Shown piece after piece: positions 29,142-39,922 of a stretch of 64,000 bases of DNA (within the stretch, counting starts at the first letter, position 1; each line of letters opens with the position of its first letter). The notes beneath the pieces are model-generated. The model was not told the origin of the DNA. It saw only the letters and a program-made list of their open reading frames with translations, and did no database searches. The position numbers and the translations under genes were made by a program. Location: the sequence record ON287370.1, one strand, 5' to 3'.

Positions 29142-30368
29142 TTACTTCTCTTCTTTTTCTTCTTTAGGTGCAGAACCACCCAGGTGAGCTTTAACGAACG
29201 CCAGCTGACCATCCAGTACATCACCGCCCAGGCCGAATGCACCACGGATCAGTTTCATACCAGCACGGTGGCCGTTCTTAATAGCTGCAACGCCAGACTT
29301 AACGTTTTTACGGTCTTCGTCTTTCTCAGCGCCACGTTTTTCCATCTGAGCGATAGCTTTGTCGCGGGAAGCGGTCAGAGCACGGCTATCGAATTTAGCG
29401 ATCTGCAGTTTCTTAGCGTCTTTAGCAACTTCATTACAGATTGCTTCCAGAGCTGGTTTACCCAGTTTCTCGCCTTTACCAGCTTCGCCAGCTGCTGCTT
29501 TAACGGTGAAAGCAACTTTAGGCAGATCAGCGTCATCTTTAGGAGCGTGGATTGCAACTACGCCACCATTGATGTGGATTTCAACGACGTCGCCGTTTAC
29601 TTTCTTAGTACCCATCTTAGCCAGTTTATCGATAACACGATCGATACCGTCTACTACGCCACCTGCGTTGATGGTGTCCATGGTTGCAGCCAGGGTGTTA
29701 CCAGCTTCAACGATAGAGTCAGCAACTTTAGGAGCGTGACCGTTAGCATCCAACCAACGCATGTTACCAGTACGGGTAACTTCGCCTTTGATTGCAGCAG
29801 CATCTTTGCCAGCAACCTGAGCTTTAACGTTAGCAGCTTTCTTCTCGATGCCTTTGAAGCGGTTGAACAGACCAGTGATAACAGCGATGAAACCGTTGTA
29901 CAGTTCAACGAAGAATTTCTTCGCAGCTGCAGCAGCTTTACCAGCAGTTTCTTTCATGGACTCAACACCAGCCAGGGCGTTCAGGTTAGCGGTAGAAGCG
30001 TCAGCGTAGGACTCAGCACCGTGCAGTTCAACTGGAGCACCCATTTTAGCTACGATGCGAGCACCTTGAGCGTACTGGTGAGCGAACAGGCCAGCGTTGA
30101 ACGGAGTAGCGCCAGACATCTGAGATTCCAGACCGTCAACGATTTCTTCCAGTTCTTCAACTTTTTCTTCAATAGCTTCGATAGCATCTTCGTGCTTCTC
30201 GATGCAGTGATCGTGTTCAGCGATCTCTTTATCTTGTTCAGCCAGTTCTTTGTCGATTACAGCTTCTGCTGCTTCTTCAGCAGTTACTTCGACGATACCA
30301 GCCAGTGCCGGATCCAGATCTGCAGATTCTTGACCAGCGATAGAAGCGAATACGTTCTTCAGAGACAT
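29142..30368 (-). CDS. Abundant inner-head protein (phiKZ gp93-95 family-like)
   Basis: Acidic coiled-coil propeptide with GQES, GLES, GAES and GVES sites, then AKKFFVELYNGFIAVITGLF; strong highly-expressed codon bias. Confidence 0.75.
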   Translation of the reverse strand: MSLKNVFASIAGQESADLDPALAGIVEVTAEEAAEAVIDKELAEQDKEIAEHDHCIEKHEDAIEAIEEKVEELEEIVDGLESQMSGATPFNAGLFAHQYAQGARIVAKMGAPVELHGAESYADASTANLNALAGVESMKETAGKAAAAAKKFFVELYNGFIAVITGLFNRFKGIEKKAANVKAQVAGKDAAAIKGEVTRTGNMRWLDANGHAPKVADSIVEAGNTLAATMDTINAGGVVDGIDRVIDKLAKMGTKKVNGDVVEIHINGGVVAIHAPKDDADLPKVAFTVKAAAGEAGKGEKLGKPALEAICNEVAKDAKKLQIAKFDSRALTASRDKAIAQMEKRGAEKDEDRKNVKSGVAAIKNGHRAGMKLIRGAFGLGGDVLDGQLAFVKAHLGGSAPKEEKEEK

Positions 30369-30406
30369 AATTCAATACCTTTTTCTATAGAAAGAGTTAA
30401 AACGAT

Positions 30407-31369
30407 TTAATTAAATTGTTTACTTAAGTAGGACGACAATGTATCCACATAATCGTCGAGGCGAACCATTACCTTTGGCAAAGATCCGACAAAGAATGAA
30501 AAGACTAGTTGGTCCCCATTCAAACGGTCCTTGAGATCGTTCAACAAACTAGTTGAAATCTCACCTTTAAGAGAGTCCAAATGTTGGAATGATTTAACCA
30601 CCACAGTATTGAAGGTTTTTAAATGATTCACATAACTATCAGATAACTTAGAGGCGTCTTGGTAAAGTGATGTCAAAGTATTTAACTTAGTCAGCAGAGT
30701 CTTAACGTCAGCTACTGTCAGAGTATCTTCGACTTCAGTCGTTGAGAATTCATTATCATCGACAATGGTCAGAAGACCAGTATCATGATTGAAACCAAAC
30801 GCATATCCACCTGGCAACCACTCACTTTGAGACATAGAATTAACTTGTTCCTTCAACTTCATTGTCGGATACTGTAATTCATCTAAACGATTAACTAATC
30901 GAGCAGCGTCTTCAGTGGTTTTAATTTTGGTAATGCCTTTAAGAATTTCTAACTCTTTGGCATAATGGGCTTCGAGGTCTTTACCGTATTTGAGTATAGA
31001 CTCAACATTACGGATCAGTACATCAATGGATGGAATCAGATCATCGGGATTACCATCACGAGTGGTTTTAGCGAGAAGTGTCTTAGGGAAAGTCACTTCA
31101 ATTTGACCACGCTCATCTTTCTTAGCTTTACTAAAGAGATGAGAGATAAACAGTCGGCGAGTACCGAGCAGTTTAATGAGTTCAGTGTTTGCACGCTTAA
31201 GAGCGGACGCAGTAACGTCTACAGCTTTGTTGGCCACACTCTTACCGATTGTAGCTCCAGCTTCTTTAACTTTACCATAAGCATCACCGAGGAGGGATTC
31301 GCATCCCTCCACAGTGTGCAGATGCTTGGTTAAATCACGTTGAGCTTGACGGAAGTCATTACTCGACAT
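30407..31369 (-). CDS. Internal head protein (paralog family)
   Basis: EGCES site and SEWLPGG motif; lies within the head-protein cluster. Confidence 0.65.
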   Translation of the reverse strand: MSSNDFRQAQRDLTKHLHTVEGCESLLGDAYGKVKEAGATIGKSVANKAVDVTASALKRANTELIKLLGTRRLFISHLFSKAKKDERGQIEVTFPKTLLAKTTRDGNPDDLIPSIDVLIRNVESILKYGKDLEAHYAKELEILKGITKIKTTEDAARLVNRLDELQYPTMKLKEQVNSMSQSEWLPGGYAFGFNHDTGLLTIVDDNEFSTTEVEDTLTVADVKTLLTKLNTLTSLYQDASKLSDSYVNHLKTFNTVVVKSFQHLDSLKGEISTSLLNDLKDRLNGDQLVFSFFVGSLPKVMVRLDDYVDTLSSYLSKQFN

Positions 31370-32633
31370 TATAGCATCCCAGGTGTTGATTCAACATAGT
31401 GATCAGATGACTAGCTTCAACAGTCAGCATGTTGGAAACCTGAGTTTTAAACTGGTTAACATCATACTGGTAGTCAGCAGTAATAAGACCGTACTGATAG
31501 GCACGACCGTCACCAGTACCATCAGAGTTCTTCAGTGTGTTCAACACATCTTTAACGTCATCAGGATTAAAGTTGACTGGATCTTCTTCCAGGTTCATGG
31601 TCTTCAGTTTGTTGATGATGGTAGCGATAACATCACGGACAACATACATCTGAGAGATTGGCATTACCGGAACAGTGGTTTTACCAACACGACCTTTATC
31701 AGCCGAAGGTTTAACACGATATCCAGTATAAGACAATGCATCAGCATAAGTCGTACCATCAGCTTCTGATTTGATATTTGCCTTGATCCAACTAGGTTCT
31801 AAGGTAATACCTTCAAAAGCATGATCATCCAACATAGGACGAGTCATCTTACCAGTCAACATACCTTGGTTGTCATCTGCCAACTTATAACGTTGATCGA
31901 ATAACTTAGGAAGCTCACGAGTAATATCAGTGATGTCTTTGTTACGTTCATTACCGAAGTAACGAATAACAGAGTTCTTAAACTTAATCTGTTCCATCTC
32001 CCAGGCACGCAGGCACAGCATGATGTAGTTGATTTCACCTTGCAGTGCTTTACCAACATCACCTGTTAATACACGGCCATTCTTGGAGATAGAACGAGCA
32101 ATAAGCTCATTAAGCTCAACATCAGTAATACCGTCAACGATACCAGTAACAAGGTCCAGAGTGGCATCCAGGGATTCTAGACGAGACTCCAGAACTTCAG
32201 TAGTGGTCATCAACTCAACCCAGCGAGTTTGGAAGTTATCAGAAAGCTGGTTAGCCCAACGTTTGATATTCCGATAAGTCTCGCTGAGGATTTCTTTCAG
32301 CGCAGCAGTACGAGTTGTACGCCATTCAGAAGGCATTAGGGTTAACCCGAAAGCTTCTGTACCGCTAACAATAGGCTGACCGTCTTTAACAACCACATTG
32401 GAATACTTGTTAATGATTTCATCAACAGCTTGTACAGTACCCAGATCAAGTTGATAGTCAGAACGTTGGTTAACGGTATTCAGAGCATTTTCAACTTGCT
32501 CTTTAACGTTAATGTTAGTTCTGAAGTTATCCATGACTGCACGAGCATCGCTGGCCAACTGGTTGATGTCTGGCACTTTGGCCAGACTAATTTCAGCCAT
32601 CTTCAGATCGTTAATAACTGAGTTATCGGTCAT
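31359..32633 (-). CDS. Internal head protein (paralog family)
   Basis: SGTEAF site after a ~95-aa N-terminal segment; cluster context. Confidence 0.65.
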   Translation of the reverse strand: MTDNSVINDLKMAEISLAKVPDINQLASDARAVMDNFRTNINVKEQVENALNTVNQRSDYQLDLGTVQAVDEIINKYSNVVVKDGQPIVSGTEAFGLTLMPSEWRTTRTAALKEILSETYRNIKRWANQLSDNFQTRWVELMTTTEVLESRLESLDATLDLVTGIVDGITDVELNELIARSISKNGRVLTGDVGKALQGEINYIMLCLRAWEMEQIKFKNSVIRYFGNERNKDITDITRELPKLFDQRYKLADDNQGMLTGKMTRPMLDDHAFEGITLEPSWIKANIKSEADGTTYADALSYTGYRVKPSADKGRVGKTTVPVMPISQMYVVRDVIATIINKLKTMNLEEDPVNFNPDDVKDVLNTLKNSDGTGDGRAYQYGLITADYQYDVNQFKTQVSNMLTVEASHLITMLNQHLGCYNVE

Positions 32634-33153
32634 AGTAGATCCCATCCATGCTTAAACAGAATTTAGCTGCAAGCTCAGGACCGATCAAAGCCATGAAGTC
32701 ATAGAAGTGACGATTCTCAATAATGGAGAAGTCTACGTTCTCAACTTTGAATTGATCACGCGCACTATCATACTCATTATAGATTACAGATGTCTTAATA
32801 GGCTCATTACGGAGCGAGACACCTTTCAGGCTGTTAATGTCGATACCCAGCTGGTTCAGTACGGTACGTTCGGAAAGACGTCCATCAATCCAGCCAACGA
32901 TTTTGCGACACAGTTCTTTACGAGCACCACCACCATTACGGAAGTTAACGATCAACCAGTTACGGAAGTCGGCACCAATATAACGACGAGTAGTGATAAA
33001 GATCTCAGCATGAGCACTTGCATCATCCATAAGCTTATAACCAGCAAACTGCGCTAGGAACGCTTTGATGATAGTCTCTGAGTTTTCAAGTGTTGCAGTA
33101 TCGAAGGAAGAAGGCACTAAACCGAATTTAAGATGTTTAAACTCTGTCGCCAT
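32623..33153 (-). CDS. Head protein (phiKZ gp91 position)
   Basis: Start reassigned to ATG 33153 (GAGG RBS); synteny. Confidence 0.55.
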   Translation of the reverse strand: MATEFKHLKFGLVPSSFDTATLENSETIIKAFLAQFAGYKLMDDASAHAEIFITTRRYIGADFRNWLIVNFRNGGGARKELCRKIVGWIDGRLSERTVLNQLGIDINSLKGVSLRNEPIKTSVIYNEYDSARDQFKVENVDFSIIENRHFYDFMALIGPELAAKFCLSMDGIYYDR

Positions 33154-34021
33154 TGTACTTAGCCTCGATTGCGATGTTCTGGGCGCGTTTCTTAATAATA
33201 GCGTCCTGATAGGTTTCGATCTGACGATCCAGTGATGGGTTGTCAGCACCATTGCGACGGTTGTTCAGACGAGCTATCTTCATAGCCAGCATGTTGATGC
33301 TTTCAACGTTAGATTGGATCTTGTTGATGTCTTTACGCATACGGCGCATTTTGTACCAGTGCAGTGGGTTCAGCTGGTGAGGAGCCAGATTACGCTGTAC
33401 AGATACGGTGTCGATACCGGTAGAAGCTTCGATGATCTTTTCAGATACTTCATCGTAAGTTTCATCAGACAGGTTATCGATCATAGCTTCCAGATTCTTA
33501 ATAGAATCAGAGAACTTAACAGTCAAGTGACTGAAGTACTTAGGAGTATCGTTGAAGAACTGCAGATCGACTTTAGTCAGCAGCTTAGATACATCCTGTT
33601 GTTTGGTAGCTTGATCAATGATGATATCGATAGCCATAGTCGCATAACGGTTCCAGAAATTAATACTGGAGATCGTATCCAACACGCCTTTCTCACGGAA
33701 GGTAATGGTTTCTTTATCATAGATCTTGGTAGGCGACTTAACTACACGCTCACGCAGCTTAGGAAGCCACAGGTTCAATTGATCCAGTGCATCCTCAATA
33801 CCAGACATCAAAGTGACTGATGGCGACAAGGTGCGTTTCAGATCGTTTTCAATGCCACGCAGAACAGCGTTCTTCTGAACAGCTTCTTCTGCCAGTTTCA
33901 TGTTTTCAGGATCACCATCTTTCAAGAGATCGATAGTGTCACGGAGACCAGCGACTGTAGCTATCTCAGTATCGATAGCAATCAGTACGTCCAGTTTAGG
34001 AGTTTCTGAGATAATGATCAT
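33137..34021 (-). CDS. Inner-body protein (phiKZ gp90-like)
   Basis: 294 aa, helical; DKETITFRE..VL, LNPLHWY and LDRQIE.YQ motifs; synteny. Confidence 0.7.
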   Translation of the reverse strand: MIIISETPKLDVLIAIDTEIATVAGLRDTIDLLKDGDPENMKLAEEAVQKNAVLRGIENDLKRTLSPSVTLMSGIEDALDQLNLWLPKLRERVVKSPTKIYDKETITFREKGVLDTISSINFWNRYATMAIDIIIDQATKQQDVSKLLTKVDLQFFNDTPKYFSHLTVKFSDSIKNLEAMIDNLSDETYDEVSEKIIEASTGIDTVSVQRNLAPHQLNPLHWYKMRRMRKDINKIQSNVESINMLAMKIARLNNRRNGADNPSLDRQIETYQDAIIKKRAQNIAIEAKYNGDRV

Positions 34022-34024
34022 TTA

Positions 34025-35113
34025 TTAACGCCCACCAAACATTTTCATGAGAGACGCTAAGTCAAGAGAAGTATCTTTCTTAGCAGTCACGGTAATTTCA
34101 CGACGAGTATAAACTTCAGGACGAGAAGTCGCAGAAGAATAGAAGGTAAAGATACCCATGCCGTCATCAACAACAACGATGGTATTTGCCAGAACAGATT
34201 TACGGATCTTAGCGATACCTTTACTATCAAAGCCCACGCCCAGTTCCAGCTCAATGTTGCGAGCAGTATCTGCAGACATGACAATGGTGTTAGCTTCAGT
34301 GTTAACCGACATTACACCAGTACGCAGAGAAGCAATACGGTTCTTCTCAGCACGAGCGTTAGCTTCTGCGTAATAACCAGACAGGTCATCTTTACGGATG
34401 TTGAACTCACGTTTGATCTCATCAGTACCCATCAGGAACTCAGGACCAGTGATCTCACCAGCACGCCACATCATAAAGCGGGCATACATACCGTCTTCAG
34501 GACGAGCAGCTTCAAAGATCGTTTGAAGATCATTTGCAGAGACTGGTACTGGAATTTGACGGAAGTTCAGCGGGAAGGTAACGTTGTGACCATCGATGAA
34601 TACAGATGCTTCAACAGTACGACCAACAGCCAGAGGTTGGTATTCAGTCAGATCAGCCATTTGTTTACCATTAACGGTAACACGACCTTCTACAACCTGA
34701 TTACCATTTTTACCTGATTTAGTCGCAGGAGCGCCGAAAGCTTCAGCACCAGCCAAGGACAACAGACCAGCACGACGTGGATTGATTGAATCAACCAACT
34801 GGCTAATCTTGATGCCATTGACTTCACCCTGCATAGACAGGTGAGTTAAGGTATCTTTAATATCGCGGATATTGATGACTTGCATCAGATCACTCATGTA
34901 CTCCTGGTGGATCAGAGTGTCTTCAATAGCGACCATTGGTGCGATAAGGGTTTTGCCAGCTGACTGGGAAATACTGCCTGTTTTTAGGACATCATATGTC
35001 GCAGCAGCACCTTCCAATACCGTTTTAGCTACGTCTGCCTTATCCTTATTAGCGCCAAAGCTTTTGGCGAGCTGGGCGATCATCGGCCCAAAGGTAAGAA
35101 TTTGAGGAATCAT
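34025..35113 (-). CDS. Inner-body protein (phiKZ gp89-like)
   Basis: SISQSA...LIAP, LAVGRTVE, WRAGEI...FLMG.D and SVN..ANTIVMS motifs. Confidence 0.75.
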   Translation of the reverse strand: MIPQILTFGPMIAQLAKSFGANKDKADVAKTVLEGAAATYDVLKTGSISQSAGKTLIAPMVAIEDTLIHQEYMSDLMQVINIRDIKDTLTHLSMQGEVNGIKISQLVDSINPRRAGLLSLAGAEAFGAPATKSGKNGNQVVEGRVTVNGKQMADLTEYQPLAVGRTVEASVFIDGHNVTFPLNFRQIPVPVSANDLQTIFEAARPEDGMYARFMMWRAGEITGPEFLMGTDEIKREFNIRKDDLSGYYAEANARAEKNRIASLRTGVMSVNTEANTIVMSADTARNIELELGVGFDSKGIAKIRKSVLANTIVVVDDGMGIFTFYSSATSRPEVYTRREITVTAKKDTSLDLASLMKMFGGR

Positions 35114-35138
35114 TACATGCTCCGTTCGAGGTTTATAT

Positions 35139-36224
35139 ATGGATCAAGATGAAAATAATTTTACAAATTATTCAGGGGAGAACCTAGAAAAGCGCAGAGA
35201 GATCTTTGACGCTAGCCTTTTGATGGGTACTTCACCTGGTTATACTTCACCACTTATCAATTCCTTAAGAGGACTAAGGATACTTGGTAAAGGCCCGGCA
35301 ATGATGCCTTTGGCCGATAACACCATAGGATTGGCCCTTGTTACTCGACCGCAACTTAACTTAACCGATGATAATATCAGTCGGTCTGAAAAGTTAGTTA
35401 GCCTGTATGGTGCTGGACAATATAGCATGTCGGGTTACATTCGTGGAATGCTAGATGAACGTTGGGCTGCGAGTAATCCCAATGTTGCTCTAGATAACAA
35501 AATGCCATTCATTACGTGTTTAACTGAGTACCTAAAAACCTCTACTGGATTTGGGGACTTGCAACTTCAAATTGACACTTCAGATCCCGGCTTACGTCAG
35601 CAGGTTTATCAACGTGTTTCTAGTAAGCTTGAAGATAACAGTGCTTTCACTATTAACCAAACTTACTTCAACCCTAAACCTTCAGTTATACAAGGTCTGT
35701 TCCAAATCTGGGAAGATTACATTTCTGAAGTTGTTTCTGGGGATAGACAGGTCTCTCCTCGCGATTGGTACTTACTGGCCAACCGTATAGATTATGACTG
35801 TCGCATCTATCACTTGATAATGAACAAAGATACAGAATATCTGGAACATATCTTTGCTACTGTTCAATCCATCCCTGTAACTTACCCTGCTGGTTCTATT
35901 GCTGATATCGATAACACAACGAATACTCTTCGTGGTGAAGGTCAAGATGATTTCACAATTCAATTTGCATCGGTAGGGATGAGATTCGATGAATGGGGTT
36001 TAATCCAGTCATTCAATGAACATTCATTTATGTACAACCCAAGACTTAGACCAGAAATGCGTAATACGTATTATCGTGAGTTAAATGCCAAAGAGTACAT
36101 TCCTTACAACTATGGAGCCTATCCTTTATTACTTCCACGTCAAGGTGAAGTAAAAGGTGAGGGTGGTAGGACTTCTCTGCGTACTGGTATTAAACTGACC
36201 TGGTGGGTCCCTAAAACAGCATAA
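35139..36224 (+). CDS. Virion structural protein (phiKZ gp88-like)
   Basis: GLALVTRPQLNLT..NI and NRIDYDCRIYHLIM..D motifs; divergent from the gp89-like gene. Confidence 0.7.
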   Translation: MDQDENNFTNYSGENLEKRREIFDASLLMGTSPGYTSPLINSLRGLRILGKGPAMMPLADNTIGLALVTRPQLNLTDDNISRSEKLVSLYGAGQYSMSGYIRGMLDERWAASNPNVALDNKMPFITCLTEYLKTSTGFGDLQLQIDTSDPGLRQQVYQRVSSKLEDNSAFTINQTYFNPKPSVIQGLFQIWEDYISEVVSGDRQVSPRDWYLLANRIDYDCRIYHLIMNKDTEYLEHIFATVQSIPVTYPAGSIADIDNTTNTLRGEGQDDFTIQFASVGMRFDEWGLIQSFNEHSFMYNPRLRPEMRNTYYRELNAKEYIPYNYGAYPLLLPRQGEVKGEGGRTSLRTGIKLTWWVPKTA

Positions 36225-36232
36225 GGTAGATT

Positions 36233-39220
36233 ATGGATTTCGATGAGTTAAATCGCATCGCCAATAACCCTGCTCGTGTTATCTCCACTGTCTTTAATGA
36301 TATTGAAGCTAACTTTGAGCAAGGGTTTGGTACTCTTAATGGTTCTGGACATCCATTCAGCTATATGGTTGACTTGGTAGTAGGAACTAACTTCGGTTTC
36401 ATTTCTCGACTGGGTGATACTGAAGCTCGTGGATATGCGGTACATGCACGTAACATTTCTGACTTAGCTCAGGTAATGGCAGATGAAGACTGGTATGGTG
36501 TATTTGCCGATCCATCCAGTACTGCTATTCGTTTTATTATCAGTGATGAATCTCTTGATCGTTATTCTGTTCGTTATAATGACGTGAGTGCTAACCTGGA
36601 TAACTCTTATCGTAAATTAGTTATTCCTGGTGATACTCGTTTCATGATTGCAGATATTCCTTTCTTACTGGAAAATCCAGTTGAGATTCGTGTAATGGAC
36701 CATGGCGGTTATCAGGTTGTTTATGATGTTGCAAGACAATCCCCACTTAACCCTCTGAGTTCCAATACCCCGGATGTGGATTACTTGAATATTGATCGTC
36801 GTCAATATCTCTCGATTCATCTCCCACTGCGTCAGTTAGAGATCACTGAATTACCAAACCGTCCAGTTAACCAGTCTTCTGGTTTCCGTGAACAAGTTCA
36901 GTTTGCTGACAGTCTTTATGCGGTACGTGCTTTCATTACACCTGAAGGTACCAACATCCGTAATGAAATGGCCGTTGTCTTTAACAATGACATTTACGAT
37001 CCAGCACAGCCAACCTTAACGATCGATCTGCAAGACACTAATGGTACCACCGATTTAGGTACTGGTAGTTTCGTAGCATCTCTTCCTTCTGTCTATGTTC
37101 AAAATGGAACTGGCATCGGTCGTATCACTATTTTAGTTTATACAACGAAAGGTCAGTACTATCGTGACTTGACTACGTTGAAAGCTCAATACCACAGTGC
37201 TGAGTATTATAACTATAATAATGACAAAGGTAAGCTGAACCAATACGAAGCTCCTTTCCGTTCTATCAACGACGTATTGATCGATTCACTTGAACCAATT
37301 ACTGGTGGTCGTAACTCCATGCCGTTCCCCCAATTGAAGGAACAGATGATCTATGGACACCGTCGTCGTTTGATCCCAGTAAGTAACTCTGATGTGTCGC
37401 AGTTCTTGCTGGAGAATGGTTACTCTTCTGTTAAGTCAATTGACCAGGTCACAAGCCGTCTGTATCGCGTTACCAAGAACTTACCACTGCAAGATGATAA
37501 ACTGTATCAGGATGATACTGTTGCTCGCTTTAACAGTTCTATCGGTACTCACGTTGGTTCATTGACAACTTCTCTGGAAAGTATGATCGGGACTGGTTGG
37601 GGTATTGATAATGGTAAGCGCGTTACTCTGTTAGCACGTTCCGTATTCGACATTACTCAACAAACTCCATTCTTAGTCACTAAGACCGACTATAATACAT
37701 TAATGGGTTTGTCTAACCAAGGTAAGATTGACGCACTTGCTAACAAGACAATGTGTTATAACCCATTTGCATATGTAATCGATACAACTCAGGATCGTGT
37801 TGCTTGTCGTATTTATCGTCTGTCTAAACCTACGATCAAATATCAGACCTTCCGGTTTGAGAACGTTAACTTGGGTGTACAAGTTGGTGTTGGTGCGGTT
37901 ACTGTCAAAGCAACTGATAAAGATTATCAGATTGAAATCAGAACTCAGTCCAGTGAAGCTTATAAGAAGATCCCTGACAACCAGTTAGGTGTCCAGCTTA
38001 GTCTGACTCCTACCGGTACAACTTCACCTGCTACGGCTCGTGCAGAATACCTAGGTAAGACTGAGGAAGGTGAGCGTATCTTCAGATTCACCATGCCTAC
38101 TCGTTTTGATGTCGATTCTAATGATCAGATCGATTTGGGTGGCTTCAATCAGTTCGGTCGTCAACAAGAGAAAACTTATGTTGACTTGGATACTGTTGCT
38201 AACTTCATCTTTACTTATAGCGGTAAGAACTTAGAGCTGAAGTCAGCTTCTGATATGAAGATTGACCAGACACTGTTTAAGTCAACGACTATCGCCATGA
38301 TCGAAACTGATTATGTTCTTGAGTTTGGTCGTCAGCTTAAATCTCTTTACACTCGTATTCGTCCTATTACTGGTCTTGCTCAGTATAAGAAATATACTGC
38401 TAACGTTCCTGCAGTCTATGAAGAAACCGAGTATAAGTATGAGACGGTGATTGTCAATGGTAAACCAATGCAACAATTGGTTATTGATCCTAAGACTAAT
38501 CTGCCAATCATCACCCATAAGAAAGGTGAACAACGATTCACTCCAGATGGTAAGCCTGTTTGGAAATTCACTAAAGGTCAGACAGTCTATAATGACTTGG
38601 GTGAACCTGTATTGTTAGAACCTCGCAAGATGTTGTACTACTTTGACTTCATCGGGTTCGACTTTAACTACATGGTTTCTCAAGACGAATACGATACTGA
38701 CTATATGGATCGTATCGATGACTTCTTCGTTGATGAAGTTATTGCTCAGTTGGATCAATTCAACAAGATTACTCTTGATGAAACCAGACTGGTGTTCAAA
38801 CCTCGTTCTACTATGGGTTACACTCGTTGTATTATCAACGAAGCTATCGAGCGCATGCTCAAAACCGATCTGTCGTTCACCGTTACCTATTCTCTTACCA
38901 GAGAAGGTCTGCGTAATCAGAACCTCAAAGATAACCTGGTTATTGCAACTCACCGCATTCTTAACACGATTCTTCGTAATGATACTGTCAGTGTCAGTGA
39001 AGCTATCACGGAACTTAAGACTGCAGGTGGTAGTGATGTTATTGATGTTAAAGTTACCTCTTCTGCAGGTACTTCGGCAATCGATATCATTACTAACGTT
39101 GATACTACGAACGGTTTCTCTGTACGTAAAGTGATTGACCAAACTGCTGACCGTTATCTGTCTATTAAAGAAGATATCGATATTCAGTTCAAACGTCACA
39201 TGCCAGAAAACATGAACTAA
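36233..39220 (+). CDS. Large baseplate wedge-like protein (phiKZ gp87-like)
   Basis: 995 aa; NPARV, YA.HA....DL, VYTTKG, ITGGRN and H.KG...PDG.PV motifs. Confidence 0.75.
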   Translation: MDFDELNRIANNPARVISTVFNDIEANFEQGFGTLNGSGHPFSYMVDLVVGTNFGFISRLGDTEARGYAVHARNISDLAQVMADEDWYGVFADPSSTAIRFIISDESLDRYSVRYNDVSANLDNSYRKLVIPGDTRFMIADIPFLLENPVEIRVMDHGGYQVVYDVARQSPLNPLSSNTPDVDYLNIDRRQYLSIHLPLRQLEITELPNRPVNQSSGFREQVQFADSLYAVRAFITPEGTNIRNEMAVVFNNDIYDPAQPTLTIDLQDTNGTTDLGTGSFVASLPSVYVQNGTGIGRITILVYTTKGQYYRDLTTLKAQYHSAEYYNYNNDKGKLNQYEAPFRSINDVLIDSLEPITGGRNSMPFPQLKEQMIYGHRRRLIPVSNSDVSQFLLENGYSSVKSIDQVTSRLYRVTKNLPLQDDKLYQDDTVARFNSSIGTHVGSLTTSLESMIGTGWGIDNGKRVTLLARSVFDITQQTPFLVTKTDYNTLMGLSNQGKIDALANKTMCYNPFAYVIDTTQDRVACRIYRLSKPTIKYQTFRFENVNLGVQVGVGAVTVKATDKDYQIEIRTQSSEAYKKIPDNQLGVQLSLTPTGTTSPATARAEYLGKTEEGERIFRFTMPTRFDVDSNDQIDLGGFNQFGRQQEKTYVDLDTVANFIFTYSGKNLELKSASDMKIDQTLFKSTTIAMIETDYVLEFGRQLKSLYTRIRPITGLAQYKKYTANVPAVYEETEYKYETVIVNGKPMQQLVIDPKTNLPIITHKKGEQRFTPDGKPVWKFTKGQTVYNDLGEPVLLEPRKMLYYFDFIGFDFNYMVSQDEYDTDYMDRIDDFFVDEVIAQLDQFNKITLDETRLVFKPRSTMGYTRCIINEAIERMLKTDLSFTVTYSLTREGLRNQNLKDNLVIATHRILNTILRNDTVSVSEAITELKTAGGSDVIDVKVTSSAGTSAIDIITNVDTTNGFSVRKVIDQTADRYLSIKEDIDIQFKRHMPENMN

Positions 39221-39226
39221 TCATAT

Positions 39227-39256
39227 CCCCCTACCCCTCCGTAAGGAAGGGTAGGG
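39227..39256. terminator. Bidirectional terminator hairpin (CCCTAC family)
   Basis: CCCTACCCCTCC-GTAA-GGAAGGGTAGGG between convergent genes. Confidence 0.8.
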
Positions 39257-39267
39257 AGTATGTTTGT

Positions 39268-39921
39268 TTAGAACACTAAGAAGCTTTCCAGATATTCCAG
39301 ATAGGAACACAGAGAACGAATAACATTCAAGTTGTCAAGTTCCATACCAGCATAAGTGGTATCGGACCATTCAACGATACGTTTCTCATTCTTAATGCCA
39401 TCGGTCAGTTCTTCCAGCGTTGTAGTGAGATAGTTGGTCCATTTGTATGGTTCAACATTAGCCCACTGTTCTGCCGTAATAGGAGTCTGCAGAGAGTAAC
39501 TAGTTGCTGTAATCAAACGAGCTACTGCACGCCGCAGATAAACCTGACGTTCTGGTCTGTCTTCAAGGGTGGTTTCTTGAATACGTTTAGACATATCCAG
39601 GATATAGTCGGCAACTTTAGTCATGATCATCAGACGAGCGTCGATCAGAGCTTTGTTGTACCCTTTGGTTATAGGATGACTGAGAATGAAGTCAGCAGCC
39701 TTCAGAGAGTTACCAGTTGTCTTGGAAGACAGTAACTGGATGGCTAGTTGATTCTTGCCAGCGATCTCTGGTAAGTTAAAGACATCTTCAATAAAGGAGA
39801 TGATCCCTTTCTTACAACGAGGTTGAGAAACAAAGTCACTAACATAGTCGGTGAACTTATTATATTTCTCTTGATCGAGATACAGTTGGTCAAGAAGCGC
39901 AATGATTTCTTCTTTCTGCAT
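39268..39921 (-). CDS. Hypothetical protein
   Basis: ATG 39921 with AAGGT RBS; predicted helical. Confidence 0.6.
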   Translation of the reverse strand: MQKEEIIALLDQLYLDQEKYNKFTDYVSDFVSQPRCKKGIISFIEDVFNLPEIAGKNQLAIQLLSSKTTGNSLKAADFILSHPITKGYNKALIDARLMIMTKVADYILDMSKRIQETTLEDRPERQVYLRRAVARLITATSYSLQTPITAEQWANVEPYKWTNYLTTTLEELTDGIKNEKRIVEWSDTTYAGMELDNLNVIRSLCSYLEYLESFLVF

Positions 39922-39922
39922 T

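Noticed and set aside
29184-30410. 408-aa antisense ORF over the abundant head protein gene
   Set aside because: Same in-register shadow effect from strong codon bias; no independent RBS or promoter evidence.
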